Below are positions 32,931 to 49,584 of a DNA stretch of 64,000 bases, piece after piece. Origin of the DNA: Paragordius varius (Eukaryota > Animalia > Nematomorpha); contig OZ176054.1 of assembly GCA_964247055.1 (NCBI GenBank), positions 2,852,001 through 2,916,000 of the forward strand, read 5' to 3'. The translations under genes were made by a program, and so were the position numbers. Position 1 is the stretch's first letter; each line of letters begins with the position of its first letter. The notes below the pieces were generated by a model. That model was not told the origin of the DNA. It ran no database searches and saw only the letters and a program-made list of their open reading frames with translations.

Positions 32931-34494
32931 TCTTGTATTCTATGGATTTTTCCGGTGATTTTAACAAATTGGGCATTCAATGAAAAAAATTAAACTTGTG
33001 ATTTTAACCTACATATATAATAGATGAAATATATTTTATTGTACAATGTATATATATATAATAAAAACAAATAAATTAGATATCCACCTATTTTGTATTG
33101 ATAGCCAACATCATTATAAATCAATAAGAAAAAGTTAAAATTATCTTTTCGCCCATTTTATTACTGTGCGTTTTTAAGCTAAAAACCGGAACATATATCA
33201 AAGGTTATAAATAGCAATTACATTAAATTAAATATATTTTTTTGTAAACATTTTTTTTCTTGATTTTATATTATAAATTGTGTTGAATTTGGTAAATAGG
33301 GCGATCGTTTTTACAAAAATATCGTTTTACAATCTCAAGATATATATATATATATATAGTTTGATTTGGAAAAAATATATTAAGGTAAATATAGGTATGC
33401 TCTATATTTTTTATATATATAAAAACAGGTGATTTGCGATATTTTGTTTATTTGTTTAGATGTTTTCCTAAATAAAATATTAATACATAAAAGGTTTATT
33501 TGAAATTAGCCAATACTTTTAATTCAAAACCCTCTAATTTATACAATATGATAAATCAACATAGTAAATTTCAATATCTGATATATTTTTAAATCGAAAT
33601 ATCGAAACACTTGTGTTACTATCTAAATATTTTATAAACTTTTAAACTATTTTATATTTGAAAGCTGGATAAACCACAAGGTATACTAATAGGAAAAATT
33701 TCAACATTGCTTGAGGCGTTTAGTTGTTTATTTAAACTATGTAATAAAAATCACGAGAATAGACTTTTGAAAAGCTATTACGATATAGATAACAATAAAG
33801 TTGACTGCATCCTATTTCATGTCCTTCAACAAATTTTTTGATAAATAAACATTATTTGTATCCTCTATTACAGTCAAATCCACAGTTAATATAATTTTAT
33901 AAATATAATTATGTAACAATTCATGATCTTTTCACTTTGTTGTCCCAGCTCACATATTGGAGTAGTTGAATATTGCATAGCTTAATTTCGTATAAAAACT
34001 ACTGTTTTAAAAATTATTTTAGTTAAAATTTAATTACCAAACATTGTTCTCATGTATTAGATAAAAAAGAAGCCTTAATTTTTTACAGTTTTGTTACTTT
34101 TAGAGTCTAAAATTGGGACAAAGGACGATTGAAAATGTTAATTATTTGCATTTGCTTACCATAATATATATTTGCATGCCTCTTACATCAGCGATTTAAA
34201 AAATTAACGGAAAAAATAGCGGCCAAAAAGTTAGAATTGATTTTTGAAATTACATCTGTTTTAGTATAATGCGCCTAAATTAGAAAATAGCACATTTTTC
34301 GGCTATTAACTTTAATACTCATTTAGATATCTAAATTTCAAATCACTCTGGGATCTAAAACTACCCAAATAGGTCATGTAGTGTTAATATTTTAATTTAA
34401 GCCAATGATTAATTTTGATAAAAAAGAGTTGTGAAGTATCAAAAGATCCCTTCACACAGTCCAGTTAACAATTATATGGTGACATCAAGAGATA

Positions 34495-34772
34495 CAATAA
34501 AAATTAAAATTATACGGACAAAACGTGAAAATATAAAAACAAATATTTTTTTCTAAAAGACAACCATATTTTTTGAATCTAGATTTTAGATATAATTATT
34601 GTTTTAAACTGGAAAATATAAAGTAGAAATATAAATTGGTAGCACAATCAAATATGTAGTTTACGATTGTAATTAAGGATAAATTAAGGTTTTAAATAGT
34701 ATGGTTATCTTATGAAAGAAAATATTTGTTTTATATTTTTACGTTTTGTCCATATAATTTCAGTTTTTACTG
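34495..34772. mobile_element. ~280-bp MITE, same family as 12253-12533
   Basis: TA|CAATAAAAATTAAAATTATACGGACAAAACGT ... ACGTTTTGTCCATATAATTTCAGTTTTTACTG|TA, with the shared internal aaaagacaaccat motif. Confidence 0.75.
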
Positions 34773-35186
34773 TATTATTTATCAATTTAGGTTTAAATGG
34801 CTAAGATGGCGCTTAATTTACATGTCTGTTATAGTGTATGAAATATTTCATTTGAATTACATACTTTATTTAACTCCGACATTGTTTTCCTCCACAATAA
34901 GTAAGTAATAATAAAAATAAAATTTGTTATAATTAAATACTCCTTTGACCACTTAAAAATAAATATATAGGATAGGTAACTGGTATAGGTACTACTATAG
35001 TTTGAAATAGATTTTGTAGTTCAATATTCATGGCAATACATTGAGGGATTAATAAAGGGTCATTCCAAAAAACAAAAATCACCAGAGCTGAAAATTTAAA
35101 ATAAATGCACATATAATTTCAGAGGCCCTTCCTGTTTTAACCAAATGATTAATATCTTTGTTCAGATATTATAAAATAGTTTATAT

Positions 35187-35909
35187 GAGGGCTTGGAACC
35201 GGTTCCAAAAAAGTGGAACCGGTTGGAACCGGAACCGCGTTGATTCCTTAAATATTTAGCGGTTCCGGAACCGGTTCTTTACATTTAGAATCGGTTCTAT
35301 TTTCGGTTCCTGACTTTTGATTAAATGATTATCTTATAAAATTATAATAATAATAATACAAATAAAATTATGCTACACTATATCTTTCACTATACATTTG
35401 ACAAATTATAATAAATTGTTTGATTGTAAATTGTTAATATACAAATTATAATATAATAGGAAAATGTATAAGTGCAAAGTATATAATGAGTGTTAAATGA
35501 AGTATGACATCTAAAAAATCTTAATTTAAAAATTTTTGCACCAAGCAAATTGCTGATCAAACTGCTTCTCAGGTCTGAACGAAATTAAGGGTTATTCAAC
35601 GTAGACCAATATATACTAACATGTGTTTTTTAAATAAACTTGGGTTATGATTATTAGTTTTTTAAAAAACAGCCGAATCGCCCAAAATTCAAAGAGTATC
35701 GCTAATATAATATTAGGCGCTTAGTTTTAGGTTTGAAGTATTTAATATGTAGTGGTAAAATAAAATTTAAATAATAAAATAAAATTTTATGATAAAAATC
35801 ATATGGGAACCAGTAATTAAGGGGGTGGGACTGGAACCGCGTTGGTTCCATCCCAATGGAACCGGTTCTTATTAAAATCCCAGGAACCGGGTTCCGGTTC
35901 CAAGCTCTG
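35187..35909. mobile_element. 723-bp hAT-type MITE with GGAACCGG subterminal repeats
   Basis: TIRs GAGGGCTTGGAACCGG / CCGGTTCCAAGCTCTG. Exact 8-bp TSD GTTTATAT at 35179-35186 and 35910-35917. Multiple GGAACCG/CGGTTCC motifs at both ends. Confidence 0.85.
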
Positions 35910-36818
35910 GTTTATATTGATCCATATAAGTAGTATATTTTAACCTTTTCACAAATATTATAGCCTGAACATTTAGAGCTGTTTGATTTTGATTTTTGTT
36001 ATTTTTAAATAGTATTGAAATGATTAAATCCAAATCAAAACCATATGATCAAAAATAATGGAACTTGAAAAACCAACGGTACCGTCACCATTTTTACTGT
36101 AAAATATGTTGTAACAGAACTGGATTTAAAAACGTTTTTATTTCAAATTCCTGAAAATTTTTATTATTAATAAAGTATACCCATTTTTTTGTTGTATTTC
36201 AAACATAAATTTTATTAAAATTTTGCATTCTGAAAACTTGTCTATCATAAAGTTTGTGACCATTTAAAAATATTTTATATACCATTCACACTTCAAATTC
36301 ACCCTTGAACAATTTAAATTTAACCTAAAACAAATTATGAGTTTTTTAAGATTAAAGTATACCTGTATTTTTTATATTTTTAATAATCAAATTTTATTTT
36401 AAATTTAAATAATACTAAAAAAATAAAACACTATGCCATAAACATATATTTGATTTTATAATAATGAAAAAACAAATAATTTATTTTTGGGGTTAATTTA
36501 AATTGTTCAAGGGTGAACAATTGTTTAAGGGTGAAATTGAATTGTAAATGGTATATATATATTTAAGGAGTAGACATTAAAGTTCTTAAAATTAAAACCC
36601 AGTATTTTAGTGATCTTATGTTATTGTGAATAATAATAATTGAAATATTATTATGCATAATATTTAATATTTATAAAAGTTTATTTATGAATGTATATAT
36701 GTGAAAATATAGTTGATTTTTATTCCCGCAGGCCCAATTTTATAAGGCACTATAAAAATGCAAATCATATTGTTAATAATTAATTTGCTTCACAAAAACA
36801 AAATATTTCTCGTTTAAT

Positions 36819-39748
36819 ATGAAGATTTTTACAGCATGTTTGGGTAAATTTTTAGTATTTAAATAATTATGTCCTTAGACAAATTCCATTTTATTTTTTT
36901 TATTTCAAGTTTTTGCCTTATTGTTTTGCCTATACGATGCCCAATTGGGGGTCGGGGATCCATCGACAGAATTCAAAGAAGTTTCTGATGCTATTTGGAA
37001 TACAGGGATTGCCATGTATAAGTAAGTTAGTTGAATATATTTTATACTTAAATATTAAAATATTAATTAAATTTTATAAGTTTTTTAAAAAATTAGTAAT
37101 AATTCGTTCGACGATGATTTAATTAAATTTAGTGTACTTACTTCATTTATATATCAATAAGCTGATTGAAAATAAAAAGCCTTTTTCCGATATCAAAGAA
37201 CATAGACCACCAAGCCTTGCACATTAAATATTCTTTGAATATCTATCATCTGTCTATGCAGACTCTTTAGTTTGAGTAAAACTAAATTAAATAAATTGTA
37301 TTTCATAAAAACTTTTTTTAGATCTCTGTCAAAAAATATGCCAACGAAAAGTATCTTTTTTAGTCCATCGGCCCTTACATCAGCTCTCATGCTCCTCCAT
37401 TCAGCCAGTAAGGGTGAAACGGCCCAACAGATTTACAATGTCCTTGGATTCCCCGTCGAAATAAATGATCAGCACAACGAAATTCAAAACTCGTTGATTG
37501 GCAATTTATCGCTAAGACCGGACACTTTTTCACGCGCGCAATTTATATTCCTTCAACAGGGCTTACAGGTCAGCCTATTTTGCAATATTGTTTTTTGAAA
37601 ACTATCATATATACTAAAACTTAATATTGATTAATAAATTAAATAAATATCTTATGATTTATTCAAATAAAAATGTCATTCAATATTCAAGGAACCTTTT
37701 TCAACGGCTAATTGATAATATCGTAAATTATAAAATATACCATACAGCATATATCCAAATAAACCTTATGAGAATGTTATAGGTTAAAATAAAATAATTC
37801 TTCGTAACAATATATTTTTTTTTTAAAAAAAAGCTTTTTTTTCAAACATTTTTGGAATTGTCCAATACCTGCACAGGTTCAACCAGAATTTCAAAACCGT
37901 GCTACTCAATACTATCAAACGCAAATTATGCCAGTTAACTTTGATCAAAATGCGCTGCAAGCCAAGGAGACCATGAATAAAGCATTTGCCCAAACTTCTC
38001 GAGACAAATTAAAGGATGTCATATTCGAGGACCCAAGCTTACTCAATCAATTCATTTTGGCCAATGGGATGGAGATGTCGGTTTATATTAGTACTTATAA
38101 CGAAAAAAAGCGCATTTTTATTGAAATGATAGCCTCTCCTTATACTTAAAAATGGATATGTAGTATAGGCATAATAATGTTGGTCAATCCACATTATATT
38201 TGGCCAATTGGCAATACAGTAGCGTATATGGGTAAAAAACATCAAATTATGGTTTGAATTACATTTTTCTCTTATCTTATAACATTATATTATATTTTAT
38301 TTTATTATGGATAAAATTTGTTAATTTAATTTTAAAAGACTATATTAAATCCTGCTCAAATATAACACTCTCATCATTTTGGGTTACAAAATAGGAAATT
38401 AAAGTGTAAATTATTGGAACATTATATGCTCAAAAATTGCATAAGAACAACGTTAAAAAAGTATAGATATGTCTTTTATTGTTTTTTTTACGTTTTGTCT
38501 ATGCTGTAAAATATTATCAATTTATTGTAAAATATTAATTTTAAATTAACGCGTATTTAGCTTTATTACGCTATGAGTAAATATACATTTTTAGTTTTTG
38601 ATTAAATATTGTTATATACAGCAAAGATAATTTTATTGGCTAATAGTAGAAAAAAAAACTAAAAACTTTGAACCAATAATACTGCCATTTGGTATATAAA
38701 TATGATATCTGGCAATAATTAACCCTAATCCTAGCAATATGTTTACTTACTCATACTGTATGTAATAAAAATAAATTTCGCCCGTCAAAAAAAATAGGCA
38801 GAATGGGATCGTAATATATCACCCATGAATACGACGGAAAAAACCTTTTATACCGCCACAGGGACTGAGGTTCAAAGACCTATGATTATGATTCGAGACA
38901 CGCTTTTTTATTACAGCGATCCAACCGGGACGCAAGTTATCGAAATTCCGTATGCTGGGAACGGGGTTGGCGCCTTTTTTATCGTTCCCAATTCGGCAAA
39001 AACTATGCCAGAACTGGAAGCCCAACTGTCATCGGTTGGAATTAGAGGACTGCTGAGCGGTTTAACACCCCTAACCAATGTTATCTGTAATTTTCCCAAG
39101 TTAGCTCTTAACTTTAACTACGATTTCAAACCTCAATTACGGGAAATGGGGATTACGGATCTCTTTATGAAAGGTTTGTTGTTGGTTGATTGATCACTCT
39201 AAATAATATGATTGATTGTTTTTTGGGGGGAGAATTTCATTTGAAGTCGCTTGACTCGAAATTATTATACGGATAAAACGTAAAAGTATAAAGACAAATA
39301 GTTTTTTTTGCAAAACTGTACTTTTTCCACCTGTATAAATTATTTAATTACTCTATTTCTTACTTTGCTGAATTGAGTTGTTGTCTATAAAAAAATCAAG
39401 ATTTGAAAAGTTTGGGTGTTTGACTTATTAGAGCAAAAAATATTTGTCTATATATTTTAACCCCTTGTCCATGTGTAATAATTTAAATTTTTTATTGTGT
39501 TTTCAGATAAAGCCGATCTCTCAAACATGGTTAGTGGTGTGCCATCATTACCGTTAGATAATTTCTATCATCAATCCCGGACAACTTTTAAGGATGAAGG
39601 CAGGCAAGTAGGAAATGTACCTCAAGTACCTGCGTTTGATTTAAATACGCCCCCAAGACTCGTGGATATAAATCGTCCTTTTGTCTTTTGTATCATAGCT
39701 AAAACAACGCAAATTCCCCTGTTCATGGGGCGATATATGGGCGATTAG
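36819..39748 (+). CDS. Secreted serpin (401 aa), probably non-inhibitory
   Basis: Exons 36819-36843, 36910-37021, 37322-37568, 37877-38080, 38798-39173, 39507-39748 (1206 nt, in frame). Signal peptide MKIFTACLVFALLFCLYDAQLG. Serpin motifs IFFSPSAL, VNF, VIEIPY, FPKL, MGITDLF, ADLSNM, INRPFVFCI, LFMGRY. Confidence 0.9.
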
Positions 39749-40840
39749 GAAAAGGCTTGTGTGAAAGGGGAAATTTTTTCTAAATAACTATTATTAGTAG
39801 TAGATATATGATATAATACTAATAAATGTGTTATTCCTGTTATCAATTTAAATTATTTTATAGCAGTCCTGTTTTTTTTCATTGCTTTTATAATGGTTTT
39901 CGAATATAAAAATAAAAGTTTGCCTACACTTTTTATATATTTTATACCCATTTACTCTTTTAATGGCGGGAAGGGGGGGAAATTTATAATTTTAAACCTA
40001 AAGAATTTTATGTTAATATAGATCATATGAAAGAGAAATAAATCATGGCAAATCGATAAAAGATAATAATTTAGTCTTATATTTTAACCAGAAAATGTTT
40101 GGTCTACTGCTCTGTATAGTTTCAGAATAACTTTTGAGAAGCTATGGTAATTGGTTACATATACAGCTAATATAAATTGGAATTTGTGAGTTAATCCTGG
40201 AAGAATAGCAACGTTATGAAAGCGCATTCCAATGAGTTGCAATTGAATAGTATGTCATAAACTCAATATTTAAATAATGAGCTAGTTTAGTTTACCTATA
40301 TTCAGGGATATATATATATATAAGTATTTCGTAATAATGTATTTATAGGTAATAGGTGCTGGGTTTTTGTTTATTTGATTCTGAATGCCATTGATGTCAG
40401 TGCCACTATAAAATACAATTTAAAGATCATTCGTTTTAGTCACTATATAATAATAATATACTCAAAATATAAAAAGCCAAAATCTTAAGGGTTACAATTT
40501 TTATACAATTAACGAAATTAAAACCGCATTCTCACACATTTTAAAGTAAAGAAAAAACGCTTCGGTAAAACATTATATTTGTGAATATGCATGTGTCATA
40601 AAATTAATCATAAATTCTTATAAGGTTTATCAGGTTGACAGGAATTTAATGCGATTAGGTGGTAATTTTTTTTTTTGTAAAATTGCGTTCGAACTCTATT
40701 AATATGAAAAAGAATTTTGTGTAATTTTTGCATCATAGCAAAATCATCTTAACCCTTAACTTAATAAATTTTTTATGCTGAGGAAAACTCCCGCCTAAAA
40801 ATTAGAAAGTTTCAATGTCTGAAAATTATGACTTTATGGC

Positions 40841-41485
40841 CAGGGTTGTGCATTTGACTGCTTTTTCAAAAAAGTCCGGTCAGACCATGGTCATGATCAC
40901 TTTACTTATTTAAATACATGCGATATAGGATTATGAAACTAATGTTCGAACGACACTTGCGTTTCACTAATAATGTCATGTTTTTTCTTAAAAGTTTATA
41001 TTATACTTTTTTTTATATTTACAATATTTTCAATCAAATTTAATCAAGAATTATGTTTTAAAATAAATTTTGCCGCATTCTTGTGGCTTCTAAATCTTCA
41101 AATTCATAGCTTTAATACTGGATCTAATAAAATTTGTTTTACACTTTCTTTCATCATTGAAATATCCAATTATAAAATGTTTTTACATTTTATTGGTTTA
41201 TATATAAAGAATAATCGCATATTTTGCAAAATGCTTGATTGTTTTTAAAAATAACTGGATATGCCAAATGCTAATGTTATAAGGATGCATGTTTAACAAT
41301 TTTATATAGTTAAATAAGCATAATTAAATATTTAATTTATATTTTTTAAAAGCATATTAATAAGCAATAAAGTCTTCCTATTCTATTCCAAAAAAATTTA
41401 CCGGCAATTTTTTAAAATAACAGCTGTTTTTTTAAATGACTATGGTCAAAAAATAAATAGTCATGACTTGGTCAGCACAACCCTA
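40841..41485. mobile_element. ~645-bp MITE-like element
   Basis: TIRs CAGGGTTGTGC / GCACAACCCTA, with repeated (t)gac(c/t)atggtca subterminal motifs at both ends. ATGGC(C) flanks both sides, but there is no exact 8-bp TSD. Confidence 0.55.
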
Positions 41486-42354
41486 ATGGCCACACTTAAA
41501 AATATCTGAGAGGTTCTGCAGATTGCACGTTATAAATAAATCACTTAAATTTGTATAAATAAAAAAGGGAGGCATTTATTGTGAATTTTACAGGTAATAA
41601 TAATAATAATATTTTTATTAACATTGGCTGGTATGTGATATTAAATAATTACATATATATAAGAATATATATTTCATACATCTAAATCAGGAAAGTCACA
41701 TCACTTGATTAGGTTTAAAGTAATTTAAGAAAAATATATAGAAAAAAAACAATCTGAGCAAAATTTTAGGAAAGATTTTAGGGGGGAAAACGGTATAATG
41801 GTTTTTTGAAAAATACGGAAAAAATGAAAAAAATAAACATTGCATACAAATATATATATATATATATATATAATGCATTAATTAATTCATCACATACGAT
41901 AGTAGGAAAGGCTAAAATTATTAAAAAATAAAATATTATTGGTGAAAATTGGTATTTTCAAATGTAAAATTCCTTTAAATACATACAGATGCATACACAT
42001 TCAAAAAAGTCATAATTTGAAAAATACTATACAGAGGTCAAATAGGGAGAAACAAAAACTAAATACCTAATATAAATACACAAGAGTAAGTAGGGTGTGG
42101 TATTATTATATATAATAAAATGGCATATTTTTCCAGATTTTTCGATGGGGCTTTATTGAAGTCTTTATATATCGAACAAATTTTTTTGTAATTTTGTAAC
42201 ATGAAAATATTTAAATAGGGATTTCAGTGATCAACATATATTTTAGGCATTCACAATCAATTTGGAATAAATGTATTATGGGGTAAGGAAGGGAAAGGAA
42301 AACGATAATAAATTTTTTAATGGGTCGGTATGCAAAGAGATGAGATAATATTTA

Positions 42355-44586
<2,232 letters not shown>

Positions 44587-44653
44587 ATTGATAAATGTTT
44601 TTTCCCATGATGGAGTAAAATCAGATGCTATTTTTATCTTTAAAAAACAACTA

Positions 44654-47600
44654 ATGTACCAGTGCCTTACAAATCTGGTAATATCTTTATTGTTTTTCGG
44701 AATTACTGCGATTCTCACATTACCTAATGAAAAATCTATTATAGATGACATAATTGGATGGTTGACTCCATCAATACAGATTAATAGTCAATGTAAAAAT
44801 GATATAATAGCTTATGGATGGGAGGCTGTTTTACATGAACCCTGGGCCCTTAAGGTTATTGATTCGTGGGGAAAGATGACTTCAGGAGTATTTGAAGGCA
44901 ATATGTTTTCTCTCGGTTCATTTGATGAATGTTTGGATGTTTCCAAACATTGGGCGCAGTGGCGAAATGGAACGAGTCAATCATCATCAAAGTATATTCA
45001 TACATTCCCTGATAACGAGCCACATTATTGCGTTGCTGATTTTGATATTGGTAATAATATTCGCAAACATTTTATTCATGCTAACAGCACCGTTAATTTT
45101 GTTAAGGCTATCCATGGTGATATAATGCCACTTATTTTGGATCCTCCTGGACTCTTTTACAAGCAAGGTTGGTGCCTGCCTTCAAGTTGTAACATTTTTG
45201 ACGTCTATTACATAAATGAGTATCTTTTGAAAATCATGCATGTCAAAATTCCAACCCTTGACAAACTTAAAGATGCTCTACCTATGACACGCCCATATGT
45301 GAGTTATATATCTTGCATCGATATTAATCACACAATAACCTATAATCATTGGACAAGTCCGCAATCTTTCATGTCATTGGGGAATGAATCGGTTTTCATC
45401 ACTTCTAATCCACCACCAATTATAAATCCAACCATATACGATGATACAACAGCTAAAACGGATTACTCGATGGCACGTACAAAGTATTTAACATGGGCCG
45501 CTCTCTTTTTTGGCACGGTAACGTTCTTCATATTGTTAGCGGCTTTGTTTGATGTCTTGTATGCGCTGGAACCTAAAACACAATTCCTCATTGAACAGCG
45601 GGGCCGGGAAGGAACTGATCATCGCTGGAAATATAATTTGTTTATGCATACGCGAAAGATTGCTCAATCCCTTTCACCCTTCAAGAATATTTATATACTA
45701 CTAACGGCTAATTTAGCCGTCTTTGACAATTTTGGATGTGGAAAACATTTATCCTATTTTTCTGGTCTGAGCCCTGTGCCCTCCACTGAAGGTGATGATG
45801 GTTTTAGCGAAGAAGAGGCAATAGGTATCCATAATTACTCATTAATCCAATTTATTCTAACAAAGCTCAAAAATTAGTATCGAGAGTTAAAAAAAATTAA
45901 GTTTTTGACCGATTAAAGAATAACTTAACGCTTATAAATGCAGTTTAAATTAGAACAACTGTAAGTTATGGAATTGCATTTAGCTTTAAAGAAAAATAAT
46001 CATAAACAATTACAATTTTTTTAAATCTTAATATTTGACCATCATTTGAAGTTAATATTTTATGTCTTAGAATTTATATCAAGTAATTAATATATTTTTT
46101 AATGAATGGATTATTTTATTTCTGAAAGCGGTCACATTCACGGTCATTGTTACATTATCGCGGATCCTATTCATGGTTATATTACAAACGGTTGGTTTAT
46201 GCCAAGTCTCATAGAGGTTTTAAAATTTTATAGTAATAAGTTTGGTTGTTTCCTAACACCATGGATTTCAAATTCTTCTCTTCTTGTTTTTATTGAAAAT
46301 AAGGGTAAAAAGATTTTATAAAAACGACTACTCTAATATTAGATTATATAAAAATATGTAAGTTACAATAGTAATAATTCTAAAAATTGGTTTTTCTCCC
46401 ATTAAAAACACAATGTTTATTAATATAGAATGAACTCCTCCCTTTCCATGATTCTGATTATGGGGAAAATACATGAATTATTATCCTCATCAGACCCCTT
46501 TTTTCAAAAATATATAAAATCATAATTTTTTGATGAAAATATTTATATTATTAATCTCGTTATTATCACTTTTTAAATAATTTTCCCCTTTTTAGGAACT
46601 TTATCAACAGCAAGAACCTCAATGAACACCACCAAATACCAGGCCATCATACAACGTTATATCGATGTGATAGCTGGAGTTCGCGCCCTAAGTTTGGCTT
46701 GGGTCATTTTAGCCAATGTTTGTATCCTTGCAGTACCTTACATAAGTAACCCGTTGGAGTTACAAGATAGGCTAGACACATTTCTAATGTTAACGGTTAA
46801 TGGGGCCCATTTTGCCCTTGATACATTTTGGGTCGTTTCGGGCATCCTTTTAGCCTGTGCTTTAATACCAAATGACAATAATAATAATAATAGTATAAGC
46901 ACAAGGATAACATCTTCCCCTATCTCCTCCTGGTTACTGATTTACCTGTATAAATATGTCCGATTTACATGGCCATACTTGGCAGTAATGCTTTGGTAAG
47001 TTAAGAAAGATATGTCATAAATCAGGAAAAGTTTGTGTTATTATTATTTTATAAATCGTAGTTTTACCTTTTAAAATTTTAGTTAAAGTAATGACTAAGT
47101 TTTATTGGCGTCTTTGATGAAATATTTACAGCTATTTTTAATTACTTAGGAAATAGGTTATAGGATAAGCATAGATATACATTAAAGATTTTTTCATATA
47201 ATCATAATGCCATTATTATATTTTTCAGTTAAACTTAGGTCCTCGTTCTTAGGGTTTTATTACTAGGGTTCAATAATACTAACAATCATATTTTGTTGGT
47301 GTTCATATTGTATTTTAATAAAAAAAACCATTTGCATATTGTCATCATTTTTTTATCAAAAGCTAATTATATAGATATAATTACTGTTTTAATTAATTTA
47401 GGTACATTTGGGTTTTACCCTACGTTCCAGCCAACGCTCATGGCCCATTGTTTTTGGGTTGTGGCATTAGGGATGTCGAGCTGTGTCGAAAATCATGGTG
47501 GTCAAATTTACTTTATCTCAATAATTTTGTCCGGAGTGAAGAGAGTTGTATGCAATGGACATGGTACCTTGCAACAGAAGCCCAATTTTTTTTGGTCGTC

Positions 47601-49584
47601 GGCCCTATTTTTGTTTTCATTTACCGGAAATCGCGAATTCTTGCCCATGTTTTAATGGTTCATCTTATGTTGGCCGGTTTTATAACGAGTTTTGTCCTAA
47701 GTTATGTGAATGGGTATAGGAGTGTTCTCTCCCTAAATGATCCAGGTATGTAGGCAGTTTTTTTGTCTTAATCAAGTTTTTTTGTAACAAAAAATTAAGT
47801 AAAACATTCATCAAAACAATTCAAAACTAACTATTGTGTAATGTACAAATCTTATTTTTATCTACAGAATAAATATAAAGCGTGAAACTTAAAATAACTT
47901 GTAAAAGCGTTGTAACATTAATTATATCGTGTTTTTCCAAAAAAAGACAGCCATTTTTAGTTTTTTAATTTATATGATTGGGCTGTATGAAATTAAGTTA
48001 TTAGCTTCAAACCCATAATAACTCTAATAATTACGTTTTAAATAACTGGTTCAAAAAAACTATCCGTCTTTTACTATTTAATCCTATGTTTTTTTGTTTA
48101 ATAGATTGCCGGCTTTGACTTTATATTTTTTCTTTATTATATTTATAATTTCTGTAAAATTATATATCCGTGCATAGGTTATTTGCCATTCTATTACGAT
48201 TATTGGATACGGCCATACATACGTATACTACCCTATCTAGTTGGTTTATGGTTTGGGTGTTTCATCACTTTTTCACACTCATCTCACACGGTTAATCGAA
48301 ACAATTCTGATTCCCTTAATTCTAATCTTGGACCATCATCTACTACTCAAGAGGTTGATGCTGTAATCGATGGAGAATCAAACACTAATTTCGCGACACG
48401 ACCAAGCTTTTCGTCCCCCATGTTCATAAGGCGGGCTTCAAAAGCTCTCCATCGACATGTACATACGCATGGCCGAGATCCGACAAAAAGAGCCCTAGTT
48501 TGGGCCGTTTTAATGGCGCTTGCTTTAGCCTTGATTTATGGGATAAGGCCCGAGGTGCGTTCCCTTATGTCTCATCATCATTATGGGCATGATAATGGTA
48601 GCAGCAGTAGTACTCATACTTTGTTGAGCAATTCTTTGATGATTGATTCATTTAATGTGCGAAATATTACGAATACTACTAGTCTTCTTTTTTCGAGTAA
48701 AATGATTAGTAATGTTACGTTTAAATCAACGCGGAACGAAAGGGAATACGGAACGGATACATTTCCGCTAAATAATGTTGAACGTTTTAGGTTGGTAAAA
48801 ATATGTTTGCTTTAACATAAATTTTGATAACATTTTATATTTTAATAGATGAAGGTATGATTCTAGTTATAAAAAAAGTAGAAGCTGATGTTCAATTTAG
48901 TTTATGCTCATTAGTTTAACACTAATAAACCTTATCTATAAGGATATTCACTGCTTTAAATTAATGAAAATTTGTTTTTTTCTCAAAATACCTATATATA
49001 AAGTTAAATTATATTCTCTATACGTCTCTTTTAGATTTTGGAGGGTCGGTGGTTTTAATCGTCTCACAGCCGCCTTCTATAACTCAACGTGTCACCTTGT
49101 GTGGGCCCTATTCATTGTTTGGATGTTATGGGCTGTTTGTACAGTAGCAAACAACACTTCGCTAACTCCCCCCAAAACATCTGATTCTGAGACGGTTTAT
49201 ACAAGATTTGAAAATGCCGCCGGTGTTACCGACTACCACCAAGGCTCAAACATTCTCGTAAATGAAATAAATGGCGACAATGAAAATCATGACATAGCCT
49301 TCCTCAATAATTCTCATAATCAGCACCATCACGGTGTTATATATGCCCTTTTATCGTGTCGCGTTTGGAGACCGCTGAGTAATTTGGCTTACATAGTGTA
49401 CCTCACGCATCCAATCATTATACTGTCATTTTATCGTTCACTTCGTACGCCCCTAGTATATTCTACACCATATTTTTTCTTACTTTTTGTCGGGTTTTAT
49501 GTCATGGCTTATGTCCTAGCCGTCCCCTTTAGTTTAGCGTTTGAAATACCTATCATAAGTTTTACACAACGCTATTTTACTTAG
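44654..49584 (+). CDS. NRF-6 / drop-dead-family O-acyltransferase-like membrane protein (NRF domain + acyltransferase-3), 1025 aa
   Basis: Exons 44654-45824, 46596-46995, 47402-47745, 48178-48790, 49035-49584 (3078 nt, in frame). Signal peptide; NRF motif WALKVIDSWGKMTSGVFEGNMFSLGSFDECL..YC..CLPSSC; AT3 motifs GVRALSLAWVI, LDTFWVVSG, WWSNLLYLNN, TWYLATEAQ, RPYIRILPYLVG, LSNLAYIVYLTH, FEIP. Confidence 0.92.

Noticed and set aside
33662-33841. 59-codon open frame (KLDKPQGILIGKISTLL...) with a possible acceptor
   Set aside because: No start codon, no partner exon and no recognisable homology.
37166-37270. Frame KYSLNIYHL resembling serpin helix A
   Set aside because: A better in-phase model (signal peptide plus DAIWNTGIAMYK, exon 36910-37021) splices over this region.
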